The notes beneath the pieces are model-generated. The model ran no database searches, was not told where the DNA came from, and saw only the letters and a list, made by a program, of their open reading frames with translations. Made by a program: the position numbers and the translations under genes. Positions 1 to 9,063 of a DNA stretch of 64,000 nt are shown piece by piece. How positions within the stretch are numbered: position 1 is the first letter of the stretch; every line of letters starts with the position of its first letter. The stretch lies in the sequence record SRR20825019_235, one strand, 5' to 3'.

Positions 1-205
1 AAAATGTAATTTAGGAGGGATAATCTAACCGGGAATGATCAATTGTAAGTGTCTAATGGTTGGTCTGTTTTAATTGTGGAAATTGTTATAGGTAAGCTCA
101 AATACTCTTTATTTCCTCTGTAAAGCAATAAAAATTGGAATGTTAATATTTATCAATTCCAATAGAGAAATTAATAAATATTTATTAACTGTAATTGATT
201 TTATC

Positions 206-213
206 TATATTTG
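206..213 (+). promoter_or_regulatory. Bacteroidota sigma70 -7 element (TATATTTG) for the TA pair
   Basis: Matches TAnnTTTG about 30 nt upstream of ATG 245. Confidence 0.6.
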
Positions 214-244
214 TACAGTACGTAATTTCCTGTGTAGGAATATA

Positions 245-532
245 ATGAATACTACATTACACATATCGAACAGTTTCCCTAAACATCTTTTTTGGGATAT
301 TAATATGGATAACTTATCCATAGAAAGGGATAAAGATATGATTATTCCTAGAGCTTTATTTCAAGCAAACGAGTTTAGTTTTGATCAAGAAATCAAGAAT
401 TTAGAGCGTTTTTATTCTCCAAAGGAAATCGTTGAATGTCTTAAAGATACTAAGGAAAAAATAAGTAATAATCTTTGTCTTCTAGTCGCATCAAGATATA
501 ATGTAGAGCCTTTTTACCGTTACGCAATATGA
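245..532 (+). CDS. DUF6922-like small protein, putative antitoxin partner of AbiEii
   Basis: PKHLFWDINMDNLSIERDKDMIIPRAL (LFWD motif). ATGA overlap with the downstream nucleotidyltransferase. Start moved from 140 to 245 because the promoter motif lies inside the longer ORF. Confidence 0.7.
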   Translation: MNTTLHISNSFPKHLFWDINMDNLSIERDKDMIIPRALFQANEFSFDQEIKNLERFYSPKEIVECLKDTKEKISNNLCLLVASRYNVEPFYRYAI

Positions 533-1290
533 GTGCAGTTTCTGAAGAAATTGTATCAACGATAAAAAAACTCCAATTACTCAAAAGTCTTTCATTATTT
601 TCTCTTGGTGGAGGTACTAATCTAGCTTTAAGATTTAATCATAGAATATCCATTGATATTGATTTATTTACTAATCATATAATTGGAAAATCAGGTTTTG
701 AATCAATTCAATCAGAAATATCAGCAGTCTTTCAGAAAGATTTAATTTCATTTCAATTTCCCTGCAATATTGATGATCAGTATATATTTGCTCGATGTCT
801 CATCAATTGTAATAATACAATAATAAAAGTTGAACTATTACAAAATATGAGAACAGTTTATGAAATTGAATTGGAAGATGATATTAAACTAATATCAAAA
901 AAAGACATAGGGCTTTTCAAGCTTGTAAGCGCATCTAATAGAGCTACAAAAAAAGATATTTATGATCTTGACTATATTACTGATGACGTTCCGTTAATTC
1001 ATTTATATGCGGAGCTAAAAAGTAAAATTGAAAAATATAATTCAAAGTCAGATAAGACAATATTTGATCTTGATAAAGAAAAATGTCCAATTAATAACCC
1101 ACAACTACTTTTAAGATTTGACGAGGGGATTCAAATGATGAAATTCCTACCAATACATTCCAATGATTCTATTCAAAATTTCACAGGTAAGACTTGGCCT
1201 GACGCGAGATTTAGCTGGAGAACTAAAGTTAGGGAACTCTTCAGGCATTTAGATGTTCCATTTCCCAGTACGCAATCAATTGAGATTTAA
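529..1290 (+). CDS. AbiEii/AbiGii-family nucleotidyltransferase toxin (type IV TA-like)
   Basis: LGGGTNLALRFNHRISIDIDLF (GGT..HRxSxDxD) and R..KKDIYDL motifs; AT-rich sequence. Confidence 0.85.
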   Translation: MSAVSEEIVSTIKKLQLLKSLSLFSLGGGTNLALRFNHRISIDIDLFTNHIIGKSGFESIQSEISAVFQKDLISFQFPCNIDDQYIFARCLINCNNTIIKVELLQNMRTVYEIELEDDIKLISKKDIGLFKLVSASNRATKKDIYDLDYITDDVPLIHLYAELKSKIEKYNSKSDKTIFDLDKEKCPINNPQLLLRFDEGIQMMKFLPIHSNDSIQNFTGKTWPDARFSWRTKVRELFRHLDVPFPSTQSIEI

Positions 1291-1302
1291 AAAACCTTTA
1301 AC

Positions 1303-1421
1303 ACCAGTAACAGTTGTGCAACTACTATTTCAAAAAAAATGTACTTCGAACTGTTCTGAATGTGTTTTAGTTTTTGAATATGTCGTTTCTACTCGCCTCG
1401 CAGTAGCTGTGCTGCTGCGTC
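1303..1421 (+). repeat. Degenerate attC-like element; contains 17-bp repeat copy 1 (1404-1420)
   Basis: Begins ACCAGTAAC just after the toxin stop. 1311-1327 is an imperfect inverted repeat of 1401-1417. TAGCTGTGCTGCTGCGT recurs exactly at 3257-3273. Confidence 0.5.
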
Positions 1422-1487
1422 AAAAAAAGCGGGCTATTGCTCCTTCTTTCTCATAGCAGTGCATCTTGACCAACAAACAAAACAAAT

Positions 1488-1955
1488 ATGATTACTCAAA
1501 AAATAACACCTTGTCTTTGGGTAGAGACAACTGATGCCAAAGCGGTTGTAGATTACTACCTTTCTATTTTTAAAGATGGTAAAATGAAAGAGTATCACCA
1601 ATATACAAATCCACCAGAAGTAGGTGGAGGAAACTTTGAAACAGCAATAATAGAAATCGCTGGTATGGAATTAAGTATTCTGGCCGCTGGACCATTTTTC
1701 AAATTTAACGAGTCAGTTTCTTTTGTGATTAATACAAAGGACCAAGCAGAAACTGACTATTATTGGGCAGCATTGACCGCTAATGGTGGAGAAGAAAGTT
1801 CGTGTGGTTGGTGTAAAGACAAATACGGCTTATCGTGGCAGGTTGTTCCTGTTGAGTATTTTGACCTCATTAACAGCGATGATCCGAAAGTTAGAGAAAA
1901 AGCAATGAAGAATACAATGAAGCAAAAGAAGTTAATACTTTCAGAACTTCGATGA
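1488..1955 (+). CDS. VOC/glyoxalase superfamily protein (PhnB / 3-demethylubiquinone-9 methyltransferase-like)
   Basis: QKITPCLW, FKFNESVSF, CGWCKDKYGLSWQVVP. Confidence 0.9.
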   Translation: MITQKITPCLWVETTDAKAVVDYYLSIFKDGKMKEYHQYTNPPEVGGGNFETAIIEIAGMELSILAAGPFFKFNESVSFVINTKDQAETDYYWAALTANGGEESSCGWCKDKYGLSWQVVPVEYFDLINSDDPKVREKAMKNTMKQKKLILSELR

Positions 1956-2015
1956 ATTTGTGTACAGATTTAATGAAAGAGAAATAAAAACCACCCCTAA
2001 GAATGGCTAAAAAAC

Positions 2016-2579
2016 ATGAAAGAAATCTTAGAATATACGAATAGAGTTTCACCCCTTAACAATATTGCGGCTGAAGACTTTCTTGAAGTATTTAAAATCA
2101 AGACTTTTTCGAAGGGAGACTACCTTTTAAGAGCAGATCAAGTATGTAACCATTACTACTTCATAAAATCAGGACTGACAAAATCCCATTTTTACAAAGA
2201 TGATAAGGAGTTTATAATGACTTTTTTTAAGGAGAATATGATGTTTACCGAAATTAGTAGTTACCTCACCGAAAGACCTTCAAGATATATGATTATGGCG
2301 TTGGAGGAAACGACCGTTTATTCTATCAGTAAAAAAGAAATATTGGATTTGTGCAAAAAACACCACGCCATTGAAACTCTGTTTAGCAAACTATTTTCAT
2401 TCGCTACTTTGGGAATGATGAAACGCATCAGTGAAATGCTAGAAGAGAATGCCACTAAGCGCTACGAAAACTTTATAACTGAAAATAATGGGCTATTACA
2501 GAGAATCAGCCTTGGAGACTTATCCAATTATTTGGGAATAACACAGGTGTCATTGAGTAGAATTCGCGCCCAAAAATGA
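2016..2579 (+). CDS. Crp/Fnr-family cNMP-binding transcriptional regulator
   Basis: cNMP-type N-terminus; C-terminal HTH LSNYLGITQVSLSRIR. Confidence 0.9.
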   Translation: MKEILEYTNRVSPLNNIAAEDFLEVFKIKTFSKGDYLLRADQVCNHYYFIKSGLTKSHFYKDDKEFIMTFFKENMMFTEISSYLTERPSRYMIMALEETTVYSISKKEILDLCKKHHAIETLFSKLFSFATLGMMKRISEMLEENATKRYENFITENNGLLQRISLGDLSNYLGITQVSLSRIRAQK

Positions 2580-2580
2580 T

Positions 2581-2627
2581 TTTTTATCATTTGTAAAAAG
2601 AAGTTTCTTGTCTCCAAAATACCTTTG
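2581..2627 (+). promoter_or_regulatory. Putative operator (imperfect palindrome 2581-2599) plus -7 element TACCTTTG (2620-2627)
   Basis: TTTTTATCATTTGTAAAAA directly after the Crp gene and upstream of the CMD gene. Confidence 0.5.
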
Positions 2628-2654
2628 TTCCATAACAAAACTAAAAAATAGATT

Positions 2655-3107
2655 ATGGAATCAAGAATGAAAAATCCTGCGATGATTTTAAATGTAAACC
2701 CAGCAATTCAAACAATGATGGGGTCAATTTACCAAAGTGGTATTTCCTCTGAATTATTGGAATATGTTGGTTTAAGAGTGGGACAAATGAACAATTGTGA
2801 GTTATGTATTGGAGAATCGATAGTGAGGTCTAAGAATAATGCTTCCACAAGAGAGAGAATTGAATATGTATTGGAATGGAAACAGTCTACAATGTTCAAT
2901 ACGTCAGAACAAGTAGCGTTAGAGTTAACGGAATCAATTACTGAGTTGAAAAACAAATACGAATCTGTTTCGGACGATCTTTGGCTCGAGGTTGAAAAAT
3001 ATTTTGATGAAAAACAACGAGCCGCTTTGATCATGTTTATCTGTTCAATGAATATGTTCACACGGATCAATGTAGCCACAAAGCAAATAACAGCGGAGTG
3101 GGAGTAA
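2655..3107 (+). CDS. Carboxymuconolactone decarboxylase / AhpD-like protein
   Basis: ELLEYVGLRVGQMNNCELC (CxxC), W..S..F...E..AL.L.E..T, N.FTRINVA. Confidence 0.85.
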   Translation: MESRMKNPAMILNVNPAIQTMMGSIYQSGISSELLEYVGLRVGQMNNCELCIGESIVRSKNNASTRERIEYVLEWKQSTMFNTSEQVALELTESITELKNKYESVSDDLWLEVEKYFDEKQRAALIMFICSMNMFTRINVATKQITAEWE

Positions 3108-3159
3108 TCACAGCGTTTAAGATTGTAAAATTCCAGCGGGTTTACTAAGAGAAAAATGA

Positions 3160-3276
3160 GCCGCCAAAAATTAAGTACAAGAAATAGCAGTTAAGTGTTA
3201 AACGCGAAGTTTACCTCTTTTCTGCTATTTTGTTTTGAAACCTGGCAACTTCGGATTAGCTGTGCTGCTGCGTTGA
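3160..3276 (+). repeat. Degenerate attC-like element; contains 17-bp repeat copy 2 (3257-3273)
   Basis: Internal inverted repeat AAATAGCAG (3182-3190) / CTGCTATTT (3222-3230); ends TAGCTGTGCTGCTGCGTTG. Confidence 0.45.
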
Positions 3277-3310
3277 CAAGAGTAACTCAAATCAACAGAG
3301 TCCGCCCAAC

Positions 3311-3886
3311 TTAATCCACAAAATTCTTCTTAAATTCCGCGTAAACTCTATTCAGCGGCAGCCCCATCACATTGTAGTAACAACCTTCAATGCGCTCAAC
3401 GCCGATGTACCCAATCCACTCCTGAATCGCATAAGATCCAGCTTTGTCCATTGGTTTGTATGTGCTCACGTAGTGTTTTATCTCCTCTTCAGTAATTTCA
3501 GAAAAATAGACTTCAGTGACTGCGGAGAAAATGACTTTCTTCTCAAGACTTCCCAAATACACACCCGTGATGACCTCGTGTTTTTTTCCAGAAAGCTTCT
3601 TGAGCATATTAACTGCATCTTCTTCCGAGGCGGGCTTTCCAATCACTTCGTTGTCTAATAAAACGATCGTGTCAGAAGTCAACAATACTTCATTGGAATT
3701 TAGCGTAGAAATCAGCGGTTGCGCTTTTAATTCGGCTAAATAAGCTGGAACATCTCTCGGTGAAATCGTTTCTGGATAAATTTCATCCACTTCCTGAATC
3801 CGTATTTCAACAGGGAATCCGAGTTCTTTAACTAACGCTTGTCTTCGAGGTGATTTTGAACCTAGAATGATCGTTGGCTTATCCAT
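3311..3886 (-). CDS. maf: Maf-family nucleoside triphosphate pyrophosphatase
   Basis: ILGSKSPRR, SDTIV...GKP, DKAGSYAIQ, NVMGLP. Confidence 0.95.
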   Translation of the reverse strand: MDKPTIILGSKSPRRQALVKELGFPVEIRIQEVDEIYPETISPRDVPAYLAELKAQPLISTLNSNEVLLTSDTIVLLDNEVIGKPASEEDAVNMLKKLSGKKHEVITGVYLGSLEKKVIFSAVTEVYFSEITEEEIKHYVSTYKPMDKAGSYAIQEWIGYIGVERIEGCYYNVMGLPLNRVYAEFKKNFVD

Positions 3887-4820
3887 AAATTGACATTATT
3901 TTCCAGAAAACGGGAGTGCACAACCCAGCAATCATCGCAATCTTGATTAATCCGTTTATTGTTCGAAATCGAATTTTATCTTTCGCAGCAGGAAGAAGTA
4001 TGAGCGCTGAAACGGTAAAAAGTCCAGAAATTAAAACAGGAAAGAGGTTGAAGAGCGGAACTTTGAATACAAACCAAACCAGCGAGGCGCTCAATGACGT
4101 AATGATCAATAGAATTCCAATGACGATCTTCGTTTTTCTTATGCCCAATGTAATCGGTAATGTTTTTGCCTTGATCAATTTATCACCCTCTACGTCCTCC
4201 ATATCTTTAACGATCTCTCGCGCGAGATTCAACAGAAAAGCAAAACCTGCGAGCAAAAAGCAGAGCCAGAGAATGAAGGATGATTTTACTGCGGAAAATG
4301 AAGGGTCAATGCTTTCAAAAGAGATTTCTTTTATTCCGAGTGTTTGATAAAAGTAAATTCCGACAAGCAGTGGAACCAATGCCGTGAGTGCCGCAATGAG
4401 TATGTTTCCAATTAAAAATCGCCGTTTGAAATACAACGAATAAAACCAAAGTACATTAATCGAAAGAAGATGAATGAACAGGTACCAAAACGAATTAAGA
4501 CGCCAACTCAGGTAAATAGCAATACCGAAAGCGATGACATTAATTCCCCAGTGGGTTACAATGGCCACTCGTCGCTTGACATATTTCCCAATGATGAGTC
4601 GCTCTGGCTTATTGATCCGATCTGCCCGAACATCGAAGTAATCGTTTATGATATTTCCTGCTGCTGCGATCATTACAGTAGAAATGGACAAAAGGAAAAA
4701 GTCCAGAGAACGAATCCCGAATTCAGGATTCACATCACTAAAAAACCAGCCAAGCCCATACATCGTAACGAGTATGATGACAAGGTTAACTGGGCGAGCA
4801 AGTCGCAAAAAGTGAATCAT
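3879..4820 (-). CDS. UbiA prenyltransferase, geranylgeranylglyceryl-phosphate geranylgeranyltransferase (DGGGPS)-like
   Basis: RPVN, NDYFDVRADRINKP and REIVKDMEDVEGD Asp-rich motifs; multiple TM segments. Confidence 0.85.
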   Translation of the reverse strand: MIHFLRLARPVNLVIILVTMYGLGWFFSDVNPEFGIRSLDFFLLSISTVMIAAAGNIINDYFDVRADRINKPERLIIGKYVKRRVAIVTHWGINVIAFGIAIYLSWRLNSFWYLFIHLLSINVLWFYSLYFKRRFLIGNILIAALTALVPLLVGIYFYQTLGIKEISFESIDPSFSAVKSSFILWLCFLLAGFAFLLNLAREIVKDMEDVEGDKLIKAKTLPITLGIRKTKIVIGILLIITSLSASLVWFVFKVPLFNLFPVLISGLFTVSALILLPAAKDKIRFRTINGLIKIAMIAGLCTPVFWKIMSIYG

Positions 4821-6841
4821 ATTTTGGTAATTAAGTATTCAGTTCTTCTATTGCGCTGATGTGCAGCTTCTTTCTCTTTTTCAGTCGCCATTTGCTCGAT
4901 TTCTTGATCGGAAATAATTGGCTTCGTTTCTCCAAATCCTTTGTGCGTTAATCGTTCTGCATTAATTCCTTTGGAAACAATGTAATCATACACAGATTTT
5001 GCACGATTGCTAGAGAGCAAAAGGTTTTTGTCGGCATCGCCACGCGTATCTGTGTGACCTTGCAACTGAATGTGAGCGGTTTTATTCTCGTTCATTAATT
5101 CAACTAACTTATCCAATTCTATAAACGATTCAGGTCGTAATGTCGCTGCATTTAAATCGAAGAAGACATTTTCCAAGGTAACAGCGCCCAAAGCGTTAAT
5201 TGGAACCAAAGGAACGTCCATGTGAACGGCTTCCAATGTTTCATCTGTCACCATCATATTGAAGTTTTTGGAGAAGAATGTATAATTTGGATAACTCACA
5301 TTCAAAGCATACTCGCGATTCAACGGGAGAGAAACCATAAATTGTCCTGTCAATCTATCCGCTTCGGAGTAGATCACTTCTTTTCCTGTTTTTAGGTCGA
5401 TTAACTGGAATTTCCCTGGGATCGGTAGTTTCGTTTTGCTATCGTAGACAATTCCTTCAAAGTAAAGAGTTCTTGTTGGACGCAAGTGCTCAGGCATCAC
5501 GAAGTAATAAATGTCAAGATCTCCATATCCTCCTTCACGATCCGATGCGAAAAACGCAATTTCACCGTCTGGAGAAACCATTAATGAGTTCTCATCATAC
5601 TTCGTATTGATAGGATAGCCCAAGTTTTCAGGCATTCCCCAATTTCCATTTTCGTCCATGCGAGAAACAAAAAGATCAGATCCTCCCATTCCAACGTGAC
5701 CTTTTGATGCAAAATAAAGTGTCTTTCCATCTGGGTGGATCAAAACCGATTCTTCTTGCTTTGGTGAATTGATGTGATCTGGAAGTCGCTCCGGAGTTCC
5801 CCATGTTCCATCCGCTTGCTTGCGCGAAACATAAATGTCTGAATTGTCCGTTTGATTTTTTCCTCGAATTCCTCGAATAAAATAAAGTGTTTTTCCGTCG
5901 GAAGAGAGGGAAGGCTGACTTTCCCAATGAAAGGAATTGACATTTCCAGGAAGATTGACAGGCATCGTCCACGTACTTCCTAATTTCTTAGTGATGAATA
6001 AGTCACAACTTCCTTTACCATCTCTGTTTTCACCGTAGTTTTTTCCAGTGATGTCTGGACATGCAACGAAAACCAATGTTCGTCCATCCGCACCAATTGT
6101 CGGAGCTCCTTCGTTATTAACCGTGTTTACATTGTCAGGCATTGCAACCGCCATTCCCCAGATATTTTTATCCGACAATTGAGAAACATAAAAATCTTCT
6201 TGTTCCTTGAATGCTTCGTTTACTCGACCATCTTCTATTCGGCGCGTAAATAAAATCGTTTTTCCATCCACCGTTATCGTTGGGAAATACTCAGGGTCAG
6301 CAGTGTTGATTCCTGGGCCAACGTTAATTGGATTGAACTTCAAAGGATTTTTTAAGGCTGATCTGGCAAAACTGGCATTCTCTCGGATGTTTTTTGCTTC
6401 AATCACCAATTCTGGATTGGCATTTCTATTCTGAACGAAGAGATCAATGTTTTTTATTGCATCATCGTAGTCACCAACAGCGTGTTGCAGATTGGCTAAA
6501 TAGAAATAAGTACTTCCGGTTCCCGTATGATTTGGATTAATAGCTAATGCCTTTTTGTAATGCTCAATCGCCGCTGGATAATCATAAATAAGTTCCGAAA
6601 ACTCACCTGCGAACATGTGCGCTTCCCAAAATTGAGGATCTTTTTCCAAGGCTTTATTCATGTAATCGATCCCAGTTCTGAAATCGGGACCTTTTGTCTT
6701 AGGGTCGATTTTTTCACCCGGAGCATTTTTACCGAGTTCAAATAGTTTAATGGCCTTCTTGTTTTTCGTAGAGTAGAAAGTCTGTGCCGTTCCACAACTA
6801 GCGAAAACAAGGAAGGAAAGAAGAAAAAGAGTATAGCGCAT
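4817..6841 (-). CDS. TPR + PD40 (TolB-like) + OmpA peptidoglycan-binding protein (PorE-like architecture)
   Basis: Signal/lipobox-like N-terminus, TPR segment, repeated P.IS.DGKTLYF, C-terminal GHTD..G....NL.LS..RA and NRRTE. Confidence 0.9.
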   Translation of the reverse strand: MRYTLFLLSFLVFASCGTAQTFYSTKNKKAIKLFELGKNAPGEKIDPKTKGPDFRTGIDYMNKALEKDPQFWEAHMFAGEFSELIYDYPAAIEHYKKALAINPNHTGTGSTYFYLANLQHAVGDYDDAIKNIDLFVQNRNANPELVIEAKNIRENASFARSALKNPLKFNPINVGPGINTADPEYFPTITVDGKTILFTRRIEDGRVNEAFKEQEDFYVSQLSDKNIWGMAVAMPDNVNTVNNEGAPTIGADGRTLVFVACPDITGKNYGENRDGKGSCDLFITKKLGSTWTMPVNLPGNVNSFHWESQPSLSSDGKTLYFIRGIRGKNQTDNSDIYVSRKQADGTWGTPERLPDHINSPKQEESVLIHPDGKTLYFASKGHVGMGGSDLFVSRMDENGNWGMPENLGYPINTKYDENSLMVSPDGEIAFFASDREGGYGDLDIYYFVMPEHLRPTRTLYFEGIVYDSKTKLPIPGKFQLIDLKTGKEVIYSEADRLTGQFMVSLPLNREYALNVSYPNYTFFSKNFNMMVTDETLEAVHMDVPLVPINALGAVTLENVFFDLNAATLRPESFIELDKLVELMNENKTAHIQLQGHTDTRGDADKNLLLSSNRAKSVYDYIVSKGINAERLTHKGFGETKPIISDQEIEQMATEKEKEAAHQRNRRTEYLITKI

Positions 6842-6844
6842 AAT

Positions 6845-7468
6845 TTAAGGGATATTCATGAATTTATGAGTCTGCAAAGAAACCTTCCATTTTGGATGAT
6901 TTTTGACGTAATCGATTATCATTGGCAAAAATCGTTCCTGTTTAGACCATTCTGGTTGTAAATAGAGCAAACAATTGGTTGAAACCTTCGAAGCGTGAGA
7001 TTCCGCCCATTCAAAATCGGATGGGTGACTGATCACGACTTTTAACTCGTCTGCTTTTTCGTAAGCTTCATAATTGGGAGCTTTGAATTTCTTTGGAGAG
7101 AAGCAATACCAGTCGATTTCTCCAACAAGCGGATAGCAGCCCGAAGTCTCAATGGCAGTTTCGATTCCGCTTTCTGTTAGTCTCGTCGCGAGCGTTGTCA
7201 AATCATACATTGCAGGTTCTCCACCAGTGATAACGCAAAAGTCTGTTTTCGAGGAAAGAACCTGTTCAAGAATTTCATTGATCGTCATGGCAGCATGATC
7301 ACCAGCGTCCCAACTTTCTTTTACATCGCACCAAACGCATCCAACATCGCATCCAGCAATCCGCACGAAATACGCAGCACGACCACTGTAGCGCCCTTCT
7401 CCCTGAATGGTATAGAAATGCTCCATAATAGGTAGCTCATGCGATGTATTGTACTCTGACGGTTTCAT
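6845..7468 (-). CDS. queE: 7-carboxy-7-deazaguanine synthase (radical SAM)
   Basis: FYTIQGEG, CDVGCVWCD, ITGGEP, SLQTHK. Confidence 0.95.
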   Translation of the reverse strand: MKPSEYNTSHELPIMEHFYTIQGEGRYSGRAAYFVRIAGCDVGCVWCDVKESWDAGDHAAMTINEILEQVLSSKTDFCVITGGEPAMYDLTTLATRLTESGIETAIETSGCYPLVGEIDWYCFSPKKFKAPNYEAYEKADELKVVISHPSDFEWAESHASKVSTNCLLYLQPEWSKQERFLPMIIDYVKNHPKWKVSLQTHKFMNIP

Positions 7469-7530
7469 GTGAGTAAAGATAGAGGAATTCTCAAAAAAGA
7501 GAAGGTGTTTATGGAATTGATCCAGATTTT

Positions 7531-8442
7531 CTACAGCCGAACGACTTCATCAATTTTATCTACGTGCAATTCAATTTCTCCGTCCGAGTTTGCAGAGAAG
7601 TTTTTGACAAATGCAACGTTTTCTAACCATTGTTCTTCCGCGAATGATGCTTTTTCAATAATATTTTGAGAAAACGTCTCATCAAACGCTTCCACTATTA
7701 CGATGAGTTCTGCATTTCTCTTTTTTAAGTCGCGCACCGAAAGTTCGTATAGAGGAGATTTCTCGTTTATCAGATGCACTAAAGTCCACGTCAACGGGAA
7801 GAAGTTTACGCGGTCTGTTTCTAATTCTATTGGATGGTACTCTTTATTATAGGAATGGTTTCCTGAGCCTTTGTCAATAGCAAGAATACATTTTGTGGAC
7901 GCGTTTAGCAATACTGAACTTCGTTGGTTTACCATTTTAAACATGAGCGCATCATTTCCGTTAAGTCTGGTGAGAATGGCATTTTTTGCAAAGCGAATTT
8001 TGCTTGAAGGTTTGGAAAATCGTCCATAAAGAACACCCGTAATTAAAGCAATAAACATAAGACCAATAAAGGCTTCAAACGTGGAAATGATGCCTATTCC
8101 TGGGCCAGAAGGCGAGAGGTGACCGTAGCCAACTGTGGTAAAAGTTTGAACCGAGAAGTAAAAGGAATCTAAAAATTCAGATTGAGTAGGATCATGACCA
8201 TTCATTTGATCAACTCCAACGAGAACGTAAATTACCGCAAAAAGTAAGTTGACCACAATGTATGCCGCTGTGGAGAGAAGAAAAAACTGTCCCCATGAAA
8301 GATCAATCAAGAATTTATAGAAGTCGCTAAATGCGTTCATTCCACCTTTTCGAACAATGTTATACGAACCGTCTTCGTTGATTAAACGCTTTACTTTGGA
8401 GGAAAATTTAGAACCTAATCCTGGATCTTTGCTTTTTGCCAT
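7531..8442 (-). CDS. Inward-rectifier potassium channel (KirBac-like)
   Basis: FSVQTFTTVGYG selectivity filter, two TM helices, Kir cytoplasmic domain (WTLVH.I...SPL); likely start MAKSK. Confidence 0.9.
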   Translation of the reverse strand: MAKSKDPGLGSKFSSKVKRLINEDGSYNIVRKGGMNAFSDFYKFLIDLSWGQFFLLSTAAYIVVNLLFAVIYVLVGVDQMNGHDPTQSEFLDSFYFSVQTFTTVGYGHLSPSGPGIGIISTFEAFIGLMFIALITGVLYGRFSKPSSKIRFAKNAILTRLNGNDALMFKMVNQRSSVLLNASTKCILAIDKGSGNHSYNKEYHPIELETDRVNFFPLTWTLVHLINEKSPLYELSVRDLKKRNAELIVIVEAFDETFSQNIIEKASFAEEQWLENVAFVKNFSANSDGEIELHVDKIDEVVRL

Positions 8443-8546
8443 GGTCTCAAACAATCACTTTTAGCCTTTGGAATTCAATGAATGGTGAATTTAAGCTACT
8501 TCTGACAAATGAGCTTGCTTTTTCTGAAAATTTTAAGACCAAAATG

Positions 8547-8900
8547 CTAGTTCGAACTTGCGTAATTCCAGTGTTCTGTTAATCGGAGGTATTCATTCCA
8601 AAATGAACCCAATTCTTTTGGAGGTTCGTTTTTTATTCTTCGGGTACACGAAATCTTATTGAATGAATGCTGAATTAGTTCTAAAATATTAGAATCGAGC
8701 AAGGTTTCAGAAGTTTTAGGGTCGAAAGAATAGCTTCTGTAAACTTCGCTAATGCGCTCGATGTCGTGCAATTCTCTTGGAGTAGGTTTTCTTTTGCGTT
8801 TCAATTCTTCCAAAAAAGGAAGGAGTCTGGCACTTAAATCGATAAAGTGACGCATAATGATTAGCGCTTCATTTATTTGATTGATCTGTTGAGTTCTCAT
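8547..8900 (-). CDS. Hypothetical protein (117 aa)
   Basis: ATG-initiated ORF filling an intergenic gap; no recognised motif. Confidence 0.6.
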   Translation of the reverse strand: MRTQQINQINEALIIMRHFIDLSARLLPFLEELKRKRKPTPRELHDIERISEVYRSYSFDPKTSETLLDSNILELIQHSFNKISCTRRIKNEPPKELGSFWNEYLRLTEHWNYASSN

Positions 8901-9063
8901 GACAAAAATTGTTTAGAGGTTTCTTATAGATAAAACGATCGTTTTATTCGATACGTTAGGAGAAATCGATTGGAATTTTCAAACACATGGTTTCATTGTT
9001 CAAAATTCTTGTTTCTTCGAAAATTCCTTTTTATATCTTTAGCGAAACTTTAAGTATCTCACT

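Noticed and set aside
140-244. N-terminal extension of the DUF6922 ORF (similar extensions on fmt, rlmI, recQ, DUF4301 and the 37298 methyltransferase)
   Set aside because: The extensions contain promoter motifs or overlap neighbouring genes; internal starts fit the family N-termini better
1253-1456. 67-aa ORF after the toxin
   Set aside because: Overlaps the toxin end and spans the attC-like non-coding element; no protein-like features
6845-7468. queE as part of a 7-deazaguanine DNA-modification (dpd) island
   Set aside because: No dpdA, queC, queD or folE nearby; housekeeping context indicates tRNA queuosine synthesis
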